Positions 48,101 to 56,801 of a stretch of 64,000 nt of DNA are shown one piece after another. The position numbers were made by a program, and so were the translations under genes. Within the stretch, counting starts at the first letter, position 1. Every line of letters starts with the position of its first letter. Under the pieces are notes generated by a model, which searched no databases, had not been told where the DNA came from, and saw only the letters and a program-made list of their open reading frames with translations. Location: sequence record NC_070957.1, one strand, 5' to 3'.

Positions 48101-49520
48101 AAGCGTGGAAGAGGTTAACCTTGTTCACCAGGTTAAGCAGCAAGAAGAAGTGACATTCGGTGGTTCTTTTGGTCGTACCGATCAAGCAATGGTTCGTCGT
48201 ACTCGTGGTCAACTGGATAACTATGCTGGCATCATCTCTGAGGCTGGTAAGGACTCCGGTAAGGTAGGGTTTATTTCCTACATGACGTCCGATGCAAAGA
48301 TCGTCGATCTTGCTGGTAACATCGATGTTGACCTTCCTGGTACTCCTGCTGGTCGTGGTTCTATTACCGCCAACCTGCTTTACGGCACCACTCGAGACGA
48401 TACCAAGCGTTCTCTCTTTGCTGGTGTACAGCTGAGTCAGTGGATGGCTACTGATAGTTACGGTCCCGTTCCGCTCCAAACGTCCTATGACACCCAAATC
48501 GCTTATCGTACTAGCGAACTCTACTCTTCTGTTGCCAAAGATGACGGTGAAGTCATCGAAGTAACTAAAGAGGGGATGGTGGTCAAGTACAAGAACGGAA
48601 ACACCGATCGGTTCTTCTTGGGATATGAGATTGGCAAGGGTGCTGGTGAAAACCACAAACACCTGAAGATCACCGACATGAAAGTTGGTGACAAGTTCAC
48701 CAAGGGTAAAGTCGTTGCTTGGGACAGTATGTTCCTGGCTCGCGATATTCGTGACCCCAACCGCGTTTGTACCAAGCTCGGGACAATGACACGGATGGCG
48801 CTCGGTGAAGGTCAATTCACCTTCGAAGACTCGATAGCGATCAGTAAGAACTATGCGCTGAAGAGTACCACTCCTTACGTTAAGGAGAACCACTTCGTTG
48901 TGAACTATACCGATGTCATCACCATGCATGTTAAGGTGGGTGACAAGGTTGAGTACGCACAGCCTTTGGCAGATCTGCAAGACCCGACATCCGCAACCTT
49001 TAATGATGATAGCATCATGAACGGATTGGATCGTCTGGGGATCAAACAGATCAAGGCTAAACAGGCTGGGGTAATCACCAAGGTCGAAGTCGTCTACAAT
49101 GGTGACATTGAGGATGCTGATCCGTCAGTTAAGAAGTTCATCCAGCAACAAGACTCTGTCCGCGGTAAAATGGCCAAGTACCGCAACAACACGGCTACCG
49201 ATGGTAACGTTGGTGGGAACACCTCTGTAGGTAAGAGCAAGGTATACCCTGGTACTGCCTCTGTCTCCATTTACATTGAGAACAGTCTCACTACCACCGT
49301 CGCGGATAAGTTCGTTGCAGGTAACCAAATGAAGGGTACTGTCGGGTTCATCTACCCCAACCCCATCTACACTGAAGATGGTCGAGAGGTTGATTGGTTC
49401 TTCTCCTTGAAGTCCCTTCTGAACCGCATGGTGCTCAGTCTCCGTGATAAGCTTGTTGCTAACGAAGTCAATAACGTTTACACGATTCGCATGATCGAGA
49501 AATATCCGAGGTATGAATGA
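45162..49520 (+). CDS. Virion RNA polymerase beta subunit, N-terminal part (phiKZ gp178-like)
   Basis: 1452 aa; GIISEAGKDSGKVG, R..FAGVQLSQ, FEDSIAIS, ADKF..GNQMKGTVG. Confidence 0.9.
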   Translation: MTETQLALLGLAGNEAIEYNQFVKLFATRERASDVVNPRYQSIGDVMLPRSSVFHYQPKGLKEMGPSNTAPFISNYDRQINMFFNPNYVHDRGAIKMVPLQMSKLEKSYLAGHYNYRRTRQISAVASKPGELLIDNMAPGRLPVVYRRITIQTGFDQAYNELATLMANVGQFSSYNLNQFAEFPLPRAFPSYKLLEFKFEKYMKHFFKRSKDGESLVMEGWDKETLKEFQAESSFWLLDLYGMIMGHGYEQYSLFNRLNEKARSQFNMIFTYNGRCWIVNLQTLINLIGYDDKPSDKKPSAIKIAYFKRFYLSLISLVTPITQETPEVSNDEHVVEEDAESEPASVGDQGKNTNVDNRSGGGSLDDLYKKPVDAKSVGKGQPGDVEPTPVGSQDGGNNKESEGAGSNSDGAGDATDGTEWGTDIPDEVFERATVEQAEVVAADSSYGPTVTADRILQRLARQGQLTTKELKYYTDISRSYKDIEFGGRTLEEIVDIKYSDLELKPEKIGTDSVLVADKSVQQSRTQQFVNGYTKEYLERDIINMILGVQNGGTALVDFDRETTITAESKYDVYKLRLQPVEGGALTTRPFRIPKVDDDGTLFMGGVKIYCQNLRVDIPVRKISPTKVSLSSYYDKKIMIERSPYKVNDFAAWLKAAILNKSRVNKSLVVTLGGQKADQKEVCWYYSVLASRFKEIQFGNYHFKFDTKSLIGDNKAWGELCNAETWVIGVEGDKPVLIDSSGLISVEGEERGYIEEILGLEIFKAPIPNCTVNINGFMFPIIAVLSYWVGFSEVMKRLKPVYRSIEPGVRPQLSADEYMVQLADERLVFNRRDEFATLIFSGLENMPGTKNFARSQLDDPNVWFSIISNDKVKPSHFSEMGLIYDMFIDPITARELERRKYPLVMDQLLMAAAKLLLSNEASHEVEITEQRFVGTERIPGHVYREFVKSTRQMRNKPGKKKTFDLNPETIMMNILTDSSFQSVEEVNLVHQVKQQEEVTFGGSFGRTDQAMVRRTRGQLDNYAGIISEAGKDSGKVGFISYMTSDAKIVDLAGNIDVDLPGTPAGRGSITANLLYGTTRDDTKRSLFAGVQLSQWMATDSYGPVPLQTSYDTQIAYRTSELYSSVAKDDGEVIEVTKEGMVVKYKNGNTDRFFLGYEIGKGAGENHKHLKITDMKVGDKFTKGKVVAWDSMFLARDIRDPNRVCTKLGTMTRMALGEGQFTFEDSIAISKNYALKSTTPYVKENHFVVNYTDVITMHVKVGDKVEYAQPLADLQDPTSATFNDDSIMNGLDRLGIKQIKAKQAGVITKVEVVYNGDIEDADPSVKKFIQQQDSVRGKMAKYRNNTATDGNVGGNTSVGKSKVYPGTASVSIYIENSLTTTVADKFVAGNQMKGTVGFIYPNPIYTEDGREVDWFFSLKSLLNRMVLSLRDKLVANEVNNVYTIRMIEKYPRYE

Positions 49521-50389
49521 ACAACAACCGTGAAGTCTTTGGACTGAAAAGTATCCAAAGCTTGATGCGGGAAGTTGGTCTTTATGGAGGGCGCATCGAC
49601 GCCCTCTTTGGACCGTCCTGTGTCAACGCAATGAAAGCCCTGGTGGCTAATGCAAATCCGTCCTACAACCCGATTGTAGCCGTTCCTACTTATGACGCTA
49701 CCGATGTATTCAAGTGGGTACAGGAATACCTTGTGCGCGCTGGCAAGACCCCTAACGGGTTTGCCGTAGATGGTAAGTGGGGTAGTGGTACCGAAGGTGA
49801 ACTCGGTAAACTCTGTAACATGTACGCTGAAGCGCATTCGCTTCCTTTCTATAGCTACGCTTGGACCGCTCACCCCAGGATCACTCCTGAGATGGTCGCG
49901 AAGGTAGAAGCATGGATGGTGAAGTGGGGTAAGCCCAAAGAACACGTCAACTATTTGTTCAGTTGTATGGCACTGGAAACAGGTCGTACTTTTGACGCTT
50001 CTATCAAGAACAAGCATTCCGGTGCTGTTGGACTGATCCAGTTTATGCCCGGTCCTAATGGTTCCGCTGTTGATCTCGGAACCACCACCGATGCCTTGGC
50101 GAAGATGACCGAGGTTGACCAGCTGGACTATGTCTTCAAATACTTTGAAAAGTACGGGTACATCAAGAAGTGTGCTCGACTGGAAGACTACTACCTCACC
50201 ATTTTCTATCCTGCCCATGTCGGTAAAGACCCCAACATCAAAGTTGGCGTGGAAGGAACCAAACTCTATAGTCAGAACTCTGGTTTTGACCGTGAGAAGA
50301 AAGGGTTCTACACCGTCGGTGATATCGCTTTCGCGATTACCGAATTCTACTGGGAAGGTATGGATCCGAAGAAACGTACCATTAAGTAA
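49517..50389 (+). CDS. Modular endolysin (EL188-like): two peptidoglycan-binding repeats plus lytic transglycosylase-type domain
   Basis: GRIDALFG and VDGKWGSGT repeats; CMALETGRTF, GLIQFM, QLDYVFKYF, LEDYYLTIFYP; same position after vRNAP beta as EL188. Confidence 0.88.
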   Translation: MNNNREVFGLKSIQSLMREVGLYGGRIDALFGPSCVNAMKALVANANPSYNPIVAVPTYDATDVFKWVQEYLVRAGKTPNGFAVDGKWGSGTEGELGKLCNMYAEAHSLPFYSYAWTAHPRITPEMVAKVEAWMVKWGKPKEHVNYLFSCMALETGRTFDASIKNKHSGAVGLIQFMPGPNGSAVDLGTTTDALAKMTEVDQLDYVFKYFEKYGYIKKCARLEDYYLTIFYPAHVGKDPNIKVGVEGTKLYSQNSGFDREKKGFYTVGDIAFAITEFYWEGMDPKKRTIK

Positions 50390-50398
50390 GGAATTCAC

Positions 50399-50566
50399 AT
50401 GTCCAAGCTGTTCGTCGACAACGTAACTACGCTGTCGAACCTCTACGAAGTCATTGCAGGAACGCTCCAGCAAGTTGGCTACGAATACCAAGCCCCTCTG
50501 TCTCCGGCAGAGGAACAGGAAGTGATCTCTCGTCAGATCAAAAACAAAGTTCTGAGTGAGGACTAA
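50399..50566 (+). CDS. 55-aa hypothetical protein (not in the ORF track)
   Basis: AAGGA RBS; fills the gap exactly between the endolysin and the next gene. Confidence 0.65.
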   Translation: MSKLFVDNVTTLSNLYEVIAGTLQQVGYEYQAPLSPAEEQEVISRQIKNKVLSED

Positions 50567-50568
50567 TA

Positions 50569-52077
50569 ATGATCCGTCAATCAACCATTCTGGCGATGAC
50601 CCCTATCGCCATGGAACTCTCCAACAAAAACATCGATTTGTCTGATAAGGTTGGCGACATCATCAAAGGTCTGAACGATGTTTCTGCTGGCGTTGCCGCC
50701 ATGACCGAAGACAACGTTGCCGTGAATCTTCCCGAAGCTGCTGATGATGGTGATCACTCCATGATCCAGGCCGAGGTCAACGCTCGACTCGCTGCGGTTA
50801 TCCGCGCAAGTATGGGTGTGATCAGCAACTGTGTCAAACCGATCCTGAAGGACGCTGACCGTCTGATCTCCAACTGTATCGGTGAAGGCGGTGCTCTCGA
50901 TGCAGCACTCTCCCAGATCCGTATCGACATGACCAACATGGAACCGGCGTTCCTGGCTTCTGGGATGTGTCCCTCTGAAGTTCCCGCTTCTTTCGCCCAG
51001 AACCCCACCATCAATGTGAACAACATTATTAAGGGTAACTGGCCGCGTATCGAAGACGCTCACGAAGTGTATAAGTTGATCGACGTTGACGTTGACGTTA
51101 TCAACCCGTTCCTGACCGATCCGGACGAAATCAAGAAAGTCTATAACGACTTCTTCGCCGACAAGTACTACTGGACCATCTTCGAAAGCCGTGTTCGTGA
51201 AGGTGACGTGGTGAACGTCCTGAACCCGCACCACTACAAGTTCAGTTCTTTCCGTTCGATGGTCATCCTGTCCCTGCTGGTCAACAAGTTCCGTTCCATG
51301 GACGATCCGTTCGATGGCGTGATGGGTGTCTCCCTGGAAGACTACCGTGCCAACCTGAACTTCCTCCGTGACCTGACCAACACAGTTCTGGCTCGTTTCC
51401 GCTTTGTATGGCTGGATCGCGCCAAGGCTGGTCTGGTGATCATCGATGAAGACGTCAAGGTAGCTCCGGCTACTTTCGGACCGCTGGAAGGTATCGAGAC
51501 TGTTCAAGGTACCATCCGGATTGGTTATAACAATTCCATGTTGGAAGTGTTCGCCAATAAGGAAGAAGAGTCCATCATCGACTACGCCCTGGGTTATGCT
51601 TACGCCAAGTACCGTGGTTACAAAGTACGTGATGTCATCACTGATGGCGACGTTGTCGTAAGTGCGTACAAGGAGTACATTCACGGTATCTCTGCCGCCA
51701 TGACCGTTAACGCGGACAAGCAGGGTCGTGAAGCATTCCTGACAGCTTGCCGTAACTTCTCCACTGATGAGAAGAACAAGGGTTACCTGGAAGTCATCAA
51801 ATCTGATGTTCCTCTGAGCAATCGCATTGCGGTGGCTGTCAACTCCAGGATCAACCTGGAAGGTTTCTTCACTGAATACCTGGTGAACGGGATTGCTCGT
51901 GGCGAGCGTTCCACCATGGGCACTGCTCTGGCAGTGGAGTTGGCTGAGATCTTTGGTTCTCCCATCGCCGCCGAGATTCTGAAGAACAACATGGGTGGTA
52001 CTCCTGCCTCCATCGAACAGCAGCGGAAAATCCTGACTGGTTCTATCGTTGCTGCAATCCTCAAGCGACTGGTGTAA
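50569..52077 (+). CDS. Conserved phiKZ gp177-like protein
   Basis: 502 aa; synteny between vRNAP beta and the head protease; strong codon bias. Confidence 0.65.
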   Translation: MIRQSTILAMTPIAMELSNKNIDLSDKVGDIIKGLNDVSAGVAAMTEDNVAVNLPEAADDGDHSMIQAEVNARLAAVIRASMGVISNCVKPILKDADRLISNCIGEGGALDAALSQIRIDMTNMEPAFLASGMCPSEVPASFAQNPTINVNNIIKGNWPRIEDAHEVYKLIDVDVDVINPFLTDPDEIKKVYNDFFADKYYWTIFESRVREGDVVNVLNPHHYKFSSFRSMVILSLLVNKFRSMDDPFDGVMGVSLEDYRANLNFLRDLTNTVLARFRFVWLDRAKAGLVIIDEDVKVAPATFGPLEGIETVQGTIRIGYNNSMLEVFANKEEESIIDYALGYAYAKYRGYKVRDVITDGDVVVSAYKEYIHGISAAMTVNADKQGREAFLTACRNFSTDEKNKGYLEVIKSDVPLSNRIAVAVNSRINLEGFFTEYLVNGIARGERSTMGTALAVELAEIFGSPIAAEILKNNMGGTPASIEQQRKILTGSIVAAILKRLV

Positions 52078-52080
52078 TAC

Positions 52081-52830
52081 GTGATCGATATCACTACTCT
52101 TAAACATGATCGAGGGCTGCCTAGCGCAGTCCTCAAACTCATGCCTGATGGCTCCGCTGTCGCTACCAAGCGATTGAAGTGTTGTATACCCAAGAACTGG
52201 GAGCGGAGTAATCTTGCTGAGATCGCTGACGTTGTAACGACTATTCTGATGGTGGGTTTGATCTGTGACGGTAAGTATGCAATGCTGGGTGGAATGACTC
52301 GCATTGTTATGAAACCGGGTGAGATCGATGAAATCTCTATCGGTGGTACTCGGTACTACATCTTTGATTTCGAGCCGGGTGAAGTGGTTATCGAGAACAT
52401 GACCATTCCTCAGGACAGCAACATCGGATATTACTACTACCTCGAGTTCACCAAATATGCTCGACTGCCGTGGTATTGTTCCGAGGCCAGTTTGCTCGCC
52501 GTTTACGACGCAGCAAAGTTCTACACTGGCAAAGGGTTTGGGACCAGTAACCAATGTATCCGGGTTTTGTACGCGCTTGTAATGCGTGATCCCAACAACC
52601 TGGATTTACCATTCCGTTACTCCCCTGATTTAAACAAAGGTGGGAAACCGAAAATCATCGGTATCAACAACCCGGGTCAACTGCTCAACAGTACCTTCTC
52701 TCGTCTCTCGTCTGGTTATATGGCTGATAACATCATCGGTGGTATCCTCAACCCTGATACGAAGGTTACTGAGCTTGAAGAAGTAATCCGTGGTCTTCCT
52801 GCCGAACTGAGAGACAATAGCAATGTCTGA
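52081..52830 (+). CDS. Conserved phiKZ gp176-like protein
   Basis: GTG start; 249 aa; synteny. Confidence 0.65.
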   Translation: MIDITTLKHDRGLPSAVLKLMPDGSAVATKRLKCCIPKNWERSNLAEIADVVTTILMVGLICDGKYAMLGGMTRIVMKPGEIDEISIGGTRYYIFDFEPGEVVIENMTIPQDSNIGYYYYLEFTKYARLPWYCSEASLLAVYDAAKFYTGKGFGTSNQCIRVLYALVMRDPNNLDLPFRYSPDLNKGGKPKIIGINNPGQLLNSTFSRLSSGYMADNIIGGILNPDTKVTELEEVIRGLPAELRDNSNV

Positions 52831-53668
52831 AATTAGTTTCGGGAATATCATCCTGGCTAACAGCGGTAAACAGGGCATACTGAAACCCGACGCTACCGGT
52901 CGTTATCTGTTGAATGCTGGCGGGTTCAATATCGCCAATGCTAGCGGGATTAACTATCCCGCTAACCAATACATCGTCTCCCAGATGGACAAGAACTCCG
53001 ACCTGATGCGTCGTGTCAGTCAGGGTTATTGCAAGATGGAAGTTGAACATCCGGAACCTTTCGTTTACGTGGAAGAGAACGGCGTTCGTTACAAGAAAGC
53101 AATGACTTCCATTCTGGAGTGGATCAACCGGCTCCGTAGCTACGATCCTGATCGTATTTGCGGGCTCATCAGCGAGATCTCCTTCCGTCCCACAGATCCC
53201 AACGATCTGACCAAGCCGATCTACAACATGATCTACTGTGAACCCTTCGGTCCCCGTGGACCTGAGTTCAAAGAGTCGCTGAACAACCCCCGTCACAACA
53301 CGGCCGTTTCCATCCGTACTCAGGTTTCTCCTTTCCGTCCTGGTGACAACAAGAAAGAAGTTGAGTACTGGGTTGGTTATGACTGGGTCGGTGAACCTGG
53401 TATGGTTCATGCCAACAAGCACATGACCGCTGGTTGTGAATCGCTGATCCTCAATCTGAACGACAACGTACAGAAGTTCAAAGTCGCTGACGTTCTGGAT
53501 GCAATGGAAGAGATGTTCACCGATGCCACCGCTAATGCTGAAGCTCTGGAGCGGGTTGGTGGTATGGAGTCTCTCAATGCCATGCGTGAAATGCACGACC
53601 GTCTGAAACAGAATTACCGCACAGGCGAAACTGTTCGGATGGGTGCCAGCTTTGCCGATATCTTCTAA
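52823..53668 (+). CDS. Prohead (head maturation) protease, phiKZ gp175-like
   Basis: GGFN, MEVEHP (His), NTAVSIRT (Ser), YDWV.EPG. Confidence 0.82.
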   Translation: MSEISFGNIILANSGKQGILKPDATGRYLLNAGGFNIANASGINYPANQYIVSQMDKNSDLMRRVSQGYCKMEVEHPEPFVYVEENGVRYKKAMTSILEWINRLRSYDPDRICGLISEISFRPTDPNDLTKPIYNMIYCEPFGPRGPEFKESLNNPRHNTAVSIRTQVSPFRPGDNKKEVEYWVGYDWVGEPGMVHANKHMTAGCESLILNLNDNVQKFKVADVLDAMEEMFTDATANAEALERVGGMESLNAMREMHDRLKQNYRTGETVRMGASFADIF

Positions 53669-53678
53669 TACCTAAATT

Positions 53679-53716
53679 GAGTAACCAGGGCTTCGGTCCT
53701 GGTTACTCTTTTCTTT
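53679..53716 (+). terminator. Rho-independent terminator
   Basis: gagtaaccagggc-ttcg-gtcctggttactc plus T tract. Confidence 0.85.
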
Positions 53717-53739
53717 TGTACTCAACTGTTATTATATTG
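53716..53739 (+). promoter_or_regulatory. Putative early promoter (weaker match)
   Basis: ttgtactcaactgttattatattg. Confidence 0.4.
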
Positions 53740-53771
53740 TTAAGCAATCGTCATCAACCAAGGAAATAGAA

Positions 53772-54344
53772 ATGAACTTTGACCACCTCCGCATTTACAC
53801 GCAACTCCGCGCACTGATCCAAACTGCGTACACCATCAAGAACACCCGTGCCGCTATGGTCTCCACTTGGGATGAACTCAAGGACGCCGAAGGTAAGGAA
53901 ATCATCGTGGAGCAGTACATGACCAGGGCGAAAGCTCAGTTGGTTCAGATGTACGCACGTCGTCTGATGAAGTACATGGAAAGTATCGCCAACCTGGACG
54001 TCATCCCGATGACCACCGAAGATGTCAAAATCGGTAATTGGCGTGTGGACTCCATCATCATCCAACTGGCCAGTAACGAGATCAAAGATCACGACCACAT
54101 GTTCCAGTTGATGATGACCAACATCTATGGTGTTACGACCAAGATGTTCGATTTCATCGACTCTGGTTTCAAACTGGAGAAATTGCTGGACCTCATGTCT
54201 AAGCAATACCTCTCCAGCTTCGAAGAGCTCAATGACGAGTCCTTTGAAGTAACTGAGGAATGGGCTGAAGATCTCATCAAGGCGTTCATCAACGGTGAGC
54301 TCCAGGATCCTGGTTTCAAGTTGCTTTCTTTGACTAAGAAGTAA
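53772..54344 (+). CDS. Hypothetical helical protein
   Basis: AAGGA RBS; strong codon bias; 190 aa. Confidence 0.8.
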   Translation: MNFDHLRIYTQLRALIQTAYTIKNTRAAMVSTWDELKDAEGKEIIVEQYMTRAKAQLVQMYARRLMKYMESIANLDVIPMTTEDVKIGNWRVDSIIIQLASNEIKDHDHMFQLMMTNIYGVTTKMFDFIDSGFKLEKLLDLMSKQYLSSFEELNDESFEVTEEWAEDLIKAFINGELQDPGFKLLSLTKK

Positions 54345-54354
54345 TAACCACTAC

Positions 54355-54392
54355 TAGAACTAGGAACCCACTGGGTTCCTAGTTCTATTTTA
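54355..54392 (+). terminator. Rho-independent terminator
   Basis: tagaactaggaaccc-act-gggttcctagttcta plus T tract. Confidence 0.85.
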
Positions 54393-54406
54393 TTTGGTCT
54401 ATTTAT

Positions 54407-54430
54407 TTTCGGATATACATTATTAACATG
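54407..54430 (+). promoter_or_regulatory. Putative early promoter
   Basis: tttcggatatacattattaacatg motif match. Confidence 0.55.
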
Positions 54431-54499
54431 AGCATAGAGCATTGAACAACCGCGGACCACTTCCGGTAAAACTCTTGTCTCTTTTAAGGGAGAAACAAT

Positions 54500-55558
54500 A
54501 TGTTTAACGACTACTACGGATTTCGCACTTCCATTAATGGCGGTGTGACATTCACCATCACCCCGCTAGGTGATAGACAGTATCTGGAATTCCATCTCCG
54601 GGATTTGGATACTGGTGAAATGAAAGTATCCAGGATGAACCTCACCGCCGAGTCCGGTGGAACACTTTGTTCACTCCTGCTTCGGATGATGACCCATATG
54701 GAAAGTGGGGGAGGAAAGAAGACCTTCAAGTGGGATGGTTCTATCCCATTGGTGTTTGTTTACGAAATAGGTATTGGGATACGGATCTGCGCAGATGGGA
54801 AACATTATGTGTTCCTGTCTGGTAACAAAAACCTGTTGCTGCGTGGATTGGAATCAATCGGTGAGATGACGGAAGCGTGCGTCAAGAAAGACTATGACTA
54901 CGCCCAGCATATCGCCTATTGCTACAGGCTACTCCCGAACTATGTGGATCAGGTATTCGAACAACAAGAATCCCGGGTCCGGATGGTTCACAATACCAGG
55001 TTCGGTTTCGACATCTGTCACGAAGACAAGCAAGGTAGCTTCCGGCTTTCCTTTGGTGGGAAACGTCTTGATGTTATCGAGATCCACGAAATGATAGTTG
55101 CAATCATCAAGTTAACCTGTAGCGTTAACGATGGTAAAACAATCAACATCGGAAAGTACATCTTTACCAACCTCGATACAGAGAGCGGGGATCGTTACAT
55201 TGGAATTTTCCGTAATGCGATTCACGTTTCTTGTCGTGCCAAGATGTTACTGGTGGGCACTGGAGAACTGGAAGCTATTGTCCAATCTCTGGGTAACATC
55301 ATTTTCATGGAGACGACACGTCGTGGAAGTGATAGTAAAGAACTGGCTCGTTTCACCAGAGCAGAGAGCGAAAACCTGAAGAAGAACGTACAGCGACTGT
55401 GCGAGCTTTACAGCGATCGTCACAAATGGACGGACCAAGTTTACACCTGGTTGAGAGAATGCACTACAATGAGCTTACAAGAGCTCTCAGTGGAGTACGG
55501 TGGGGTACAGATCAATCGTAATAGACTGCTCCGTAACAAACCGCTACTCAATAAGTAA
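54500..55558 (+). CDS. Hypothetical protein (repeated beta-sheet/helix modules)
   Basis: GGGAG RBS; 352 aa. Confidence 0.8.
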   Translation: MFNDYYGFRTSINGGVTFTITPLGDRQYLEFHLRDLDTGEMKVSRMNLTAESGGTLCSLLLRMMTHMESGGGKKTFKWDGSIPLVFVYEIGIGIRICADGKHYVFLSGNKNLLLRGLESIGEMTEACVKKDYDYAQHIAYCYRLLPNYVDQVFEQQESRVRMVHNTRFGFDICHEDKQGSFRLSFGGKRLDVIEIHEMIVAIIKLTCSVNDGKTINIGKYIFTNLDTESGDRYIGIFRNAIHVSCRAKMLLVGTGELEAIVQSLGNIIFMETTRRGSDSKELARFTRAESENLKKNVQRLCELYSDRHKWTDQVYTWLRECTTMSLQELSVEYGGVQINRNRLLRNKPLLNK

Positions 55559-55583
55559 TTTCCTACTCATGTAGGGATGAGGT

Positions 55584-55611
55584 GGAGGAACAATTCCGTT
55601 CCTCCTTTTTT
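55584..55611 (+). terminator. Rho-independent terminator inside a structured intergenic region
   Basis: ggaggaac-aattcc-gttcctcc followed by TTTTTT. Confidence 0.7.
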
Positions 55612-55675
55612 CGCAGTGCTACCCCGTAAAACGGATGACTGCATTATTGCCATGGCTAAACGCCTAGGAGTAATT

Positions 55676-56659
55676 ATGAACGTTATGAAAATGATTCACG
55701 CACCGCTTGACAATCTCGGTGAGTACCACGTCGGGATGTTCCCCGAAGATCCTGAACGAGTCTACTTGATGGACTTAAACTTCCACGAACACAATTCCAT
55801 GGTGATCCATCGCTACACCAAACACGAAATGGGTGAACTCTCAAAGATATTCAAGAGTGTTCTTACCTCCATGCAATTTGCAAGGAATGCGACCATCAAG
55901 TTCGATGTTGCTGAATACGGTGTATCGGTCATCAAAGGGGCGAGTATCGAGATCCGTAATCTCGAACACGTTCATCGCCCTAATCTGACAATGAGATTCT
56001 GGGGACGGGCGAGTGATAAAGACCCTAGCGGTGAACTCGATTGGTTCTCCCAGACTGAGCGTGCACTACTGGTCCTTTCTGAAATCTTCGGAGCAATGCA
56101 CGAGCTTAACGAACCAGGTAAGAAAGGAAAACTCTCGACAGTGATGCGGTTGTTTAAGAAGCATTCGTCAGAACATGAACTATCGGAAAAGCAGTTTGTC
56201 GATTTCATCGGCGCTACCAGACCGGATAGACGCGAACTGATAAACGACATCATCATGATCGGGCACTCGCTGAGCGATGGTCCTGTTCACCATTCCGGGT
56301 TAACGTTTGCAAGTACCGCTGACCACTATCATCTTGCACTGGATAAAGGAGAACACCTCCCTGCATTGATAAATAGTTTCAGCAAAGTAGTCCGGGGTGA
56401 AGATGCCGTGGATCACTTCACGGAATACAACGGGGAATATCCCTGGATGTCCCATAGCTTTATGGGTTATTCTGCAAAGAAAGGGATGCCCGCCTGGAGA
56501 GACCGAACTGTCGTTATGGGGTATAACACCTACATGAAGACAGGACGGTTCAGTACTTTGACGAGTGTAGATGTACTTGAGTATATTGTTCAAGTACTTA
56601 TCGAAATTGAGGAACGAGTGAAACGACTAGTCGAACTCTATCCTCCTAAGACCAAGTAG
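55676..56659 (+). CDS. Hypothetical protein (327 aa; start moved to the ATG with an AGGAG RBS)
   Basis: taggagtaattatg; the track's longer N-terminus runs through a terminator. Confidence 0.75.
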   Translation: MNVMKMIHAPLDNLGEYHVGMFPEDPERVYLMDLNFHEHNSMVIHRYTKHEMGELSKIFKSVLTSMQFARNATIKFDVAEYGVSVIKGASIEIRNLEHVHRPNLTMRFWGRASDKDPSGELDWFSQTERALLVLSEIFGAMHELNEPGKKGKLSTVMRLFKKHSSEHELSEKQFVDFIGATRPDRRELINDIIMIGHSLSDGPVHHSGLTFASTADHYHLALDKGEHLPALINSFSKVVRGEDAVDHFTEYNGEYPWMSHSFMGYSAKKGMPAWRDRTVVMGYNTYMKTGRFSTLTSVDVLEYIVQVLIEIEERVKRLVELYPPKTK

Positions 56660-56665
56660 TGTGGC

Positions 56666-56691
56666 AGGGTGGAGACTTCGGTCTCCACCCT
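56666..56691 (+). terminator. Rho-independent terminator
   Basis: agggtggagac-ttcg-gtctccaccct. Confidence 0.85.
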
Positions 56692-56723
56692 ATAAACCTT
56701 TATTATTTCTTTGCTCTATATCT

Positions 56724-56747
56724 TTTCAAATCGATATTATTAAGGTG
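56724..56747 (+). promoter_or_regulatory. Putative early promoter
   Basis: tttcaaatcgatattattaaggtg, the closest match to consensus. Confidence 0.65.
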
Positions 56748-56801
56748 TATGCAAGGCCATATAAATTAACTAATCTTCAACAATGACTAGAGGAAATACC
56801 C

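Noticed and set aside
43540-49520. Introns, inteins or homing endonucleases in the vRNAP genes (common in this family)
   Set aside because: Both ORFs are continuous at expected lengths, with no intein termini, LAGLIDADG or HNH motifs
50581-52554. 657-aa - strand ORF opposite the gp177/gp176-like genes
   Set aside because: Antisense artefact; the sense genes avoid TTA/CTA/TCA codons, which removes antisense stops
55577-55675. ORF-track N-terminal extension of the 55577 ORF
   Set aside because: It crosses a U-tailed terminator; a strong AGGAG RBS supports the start at 55676
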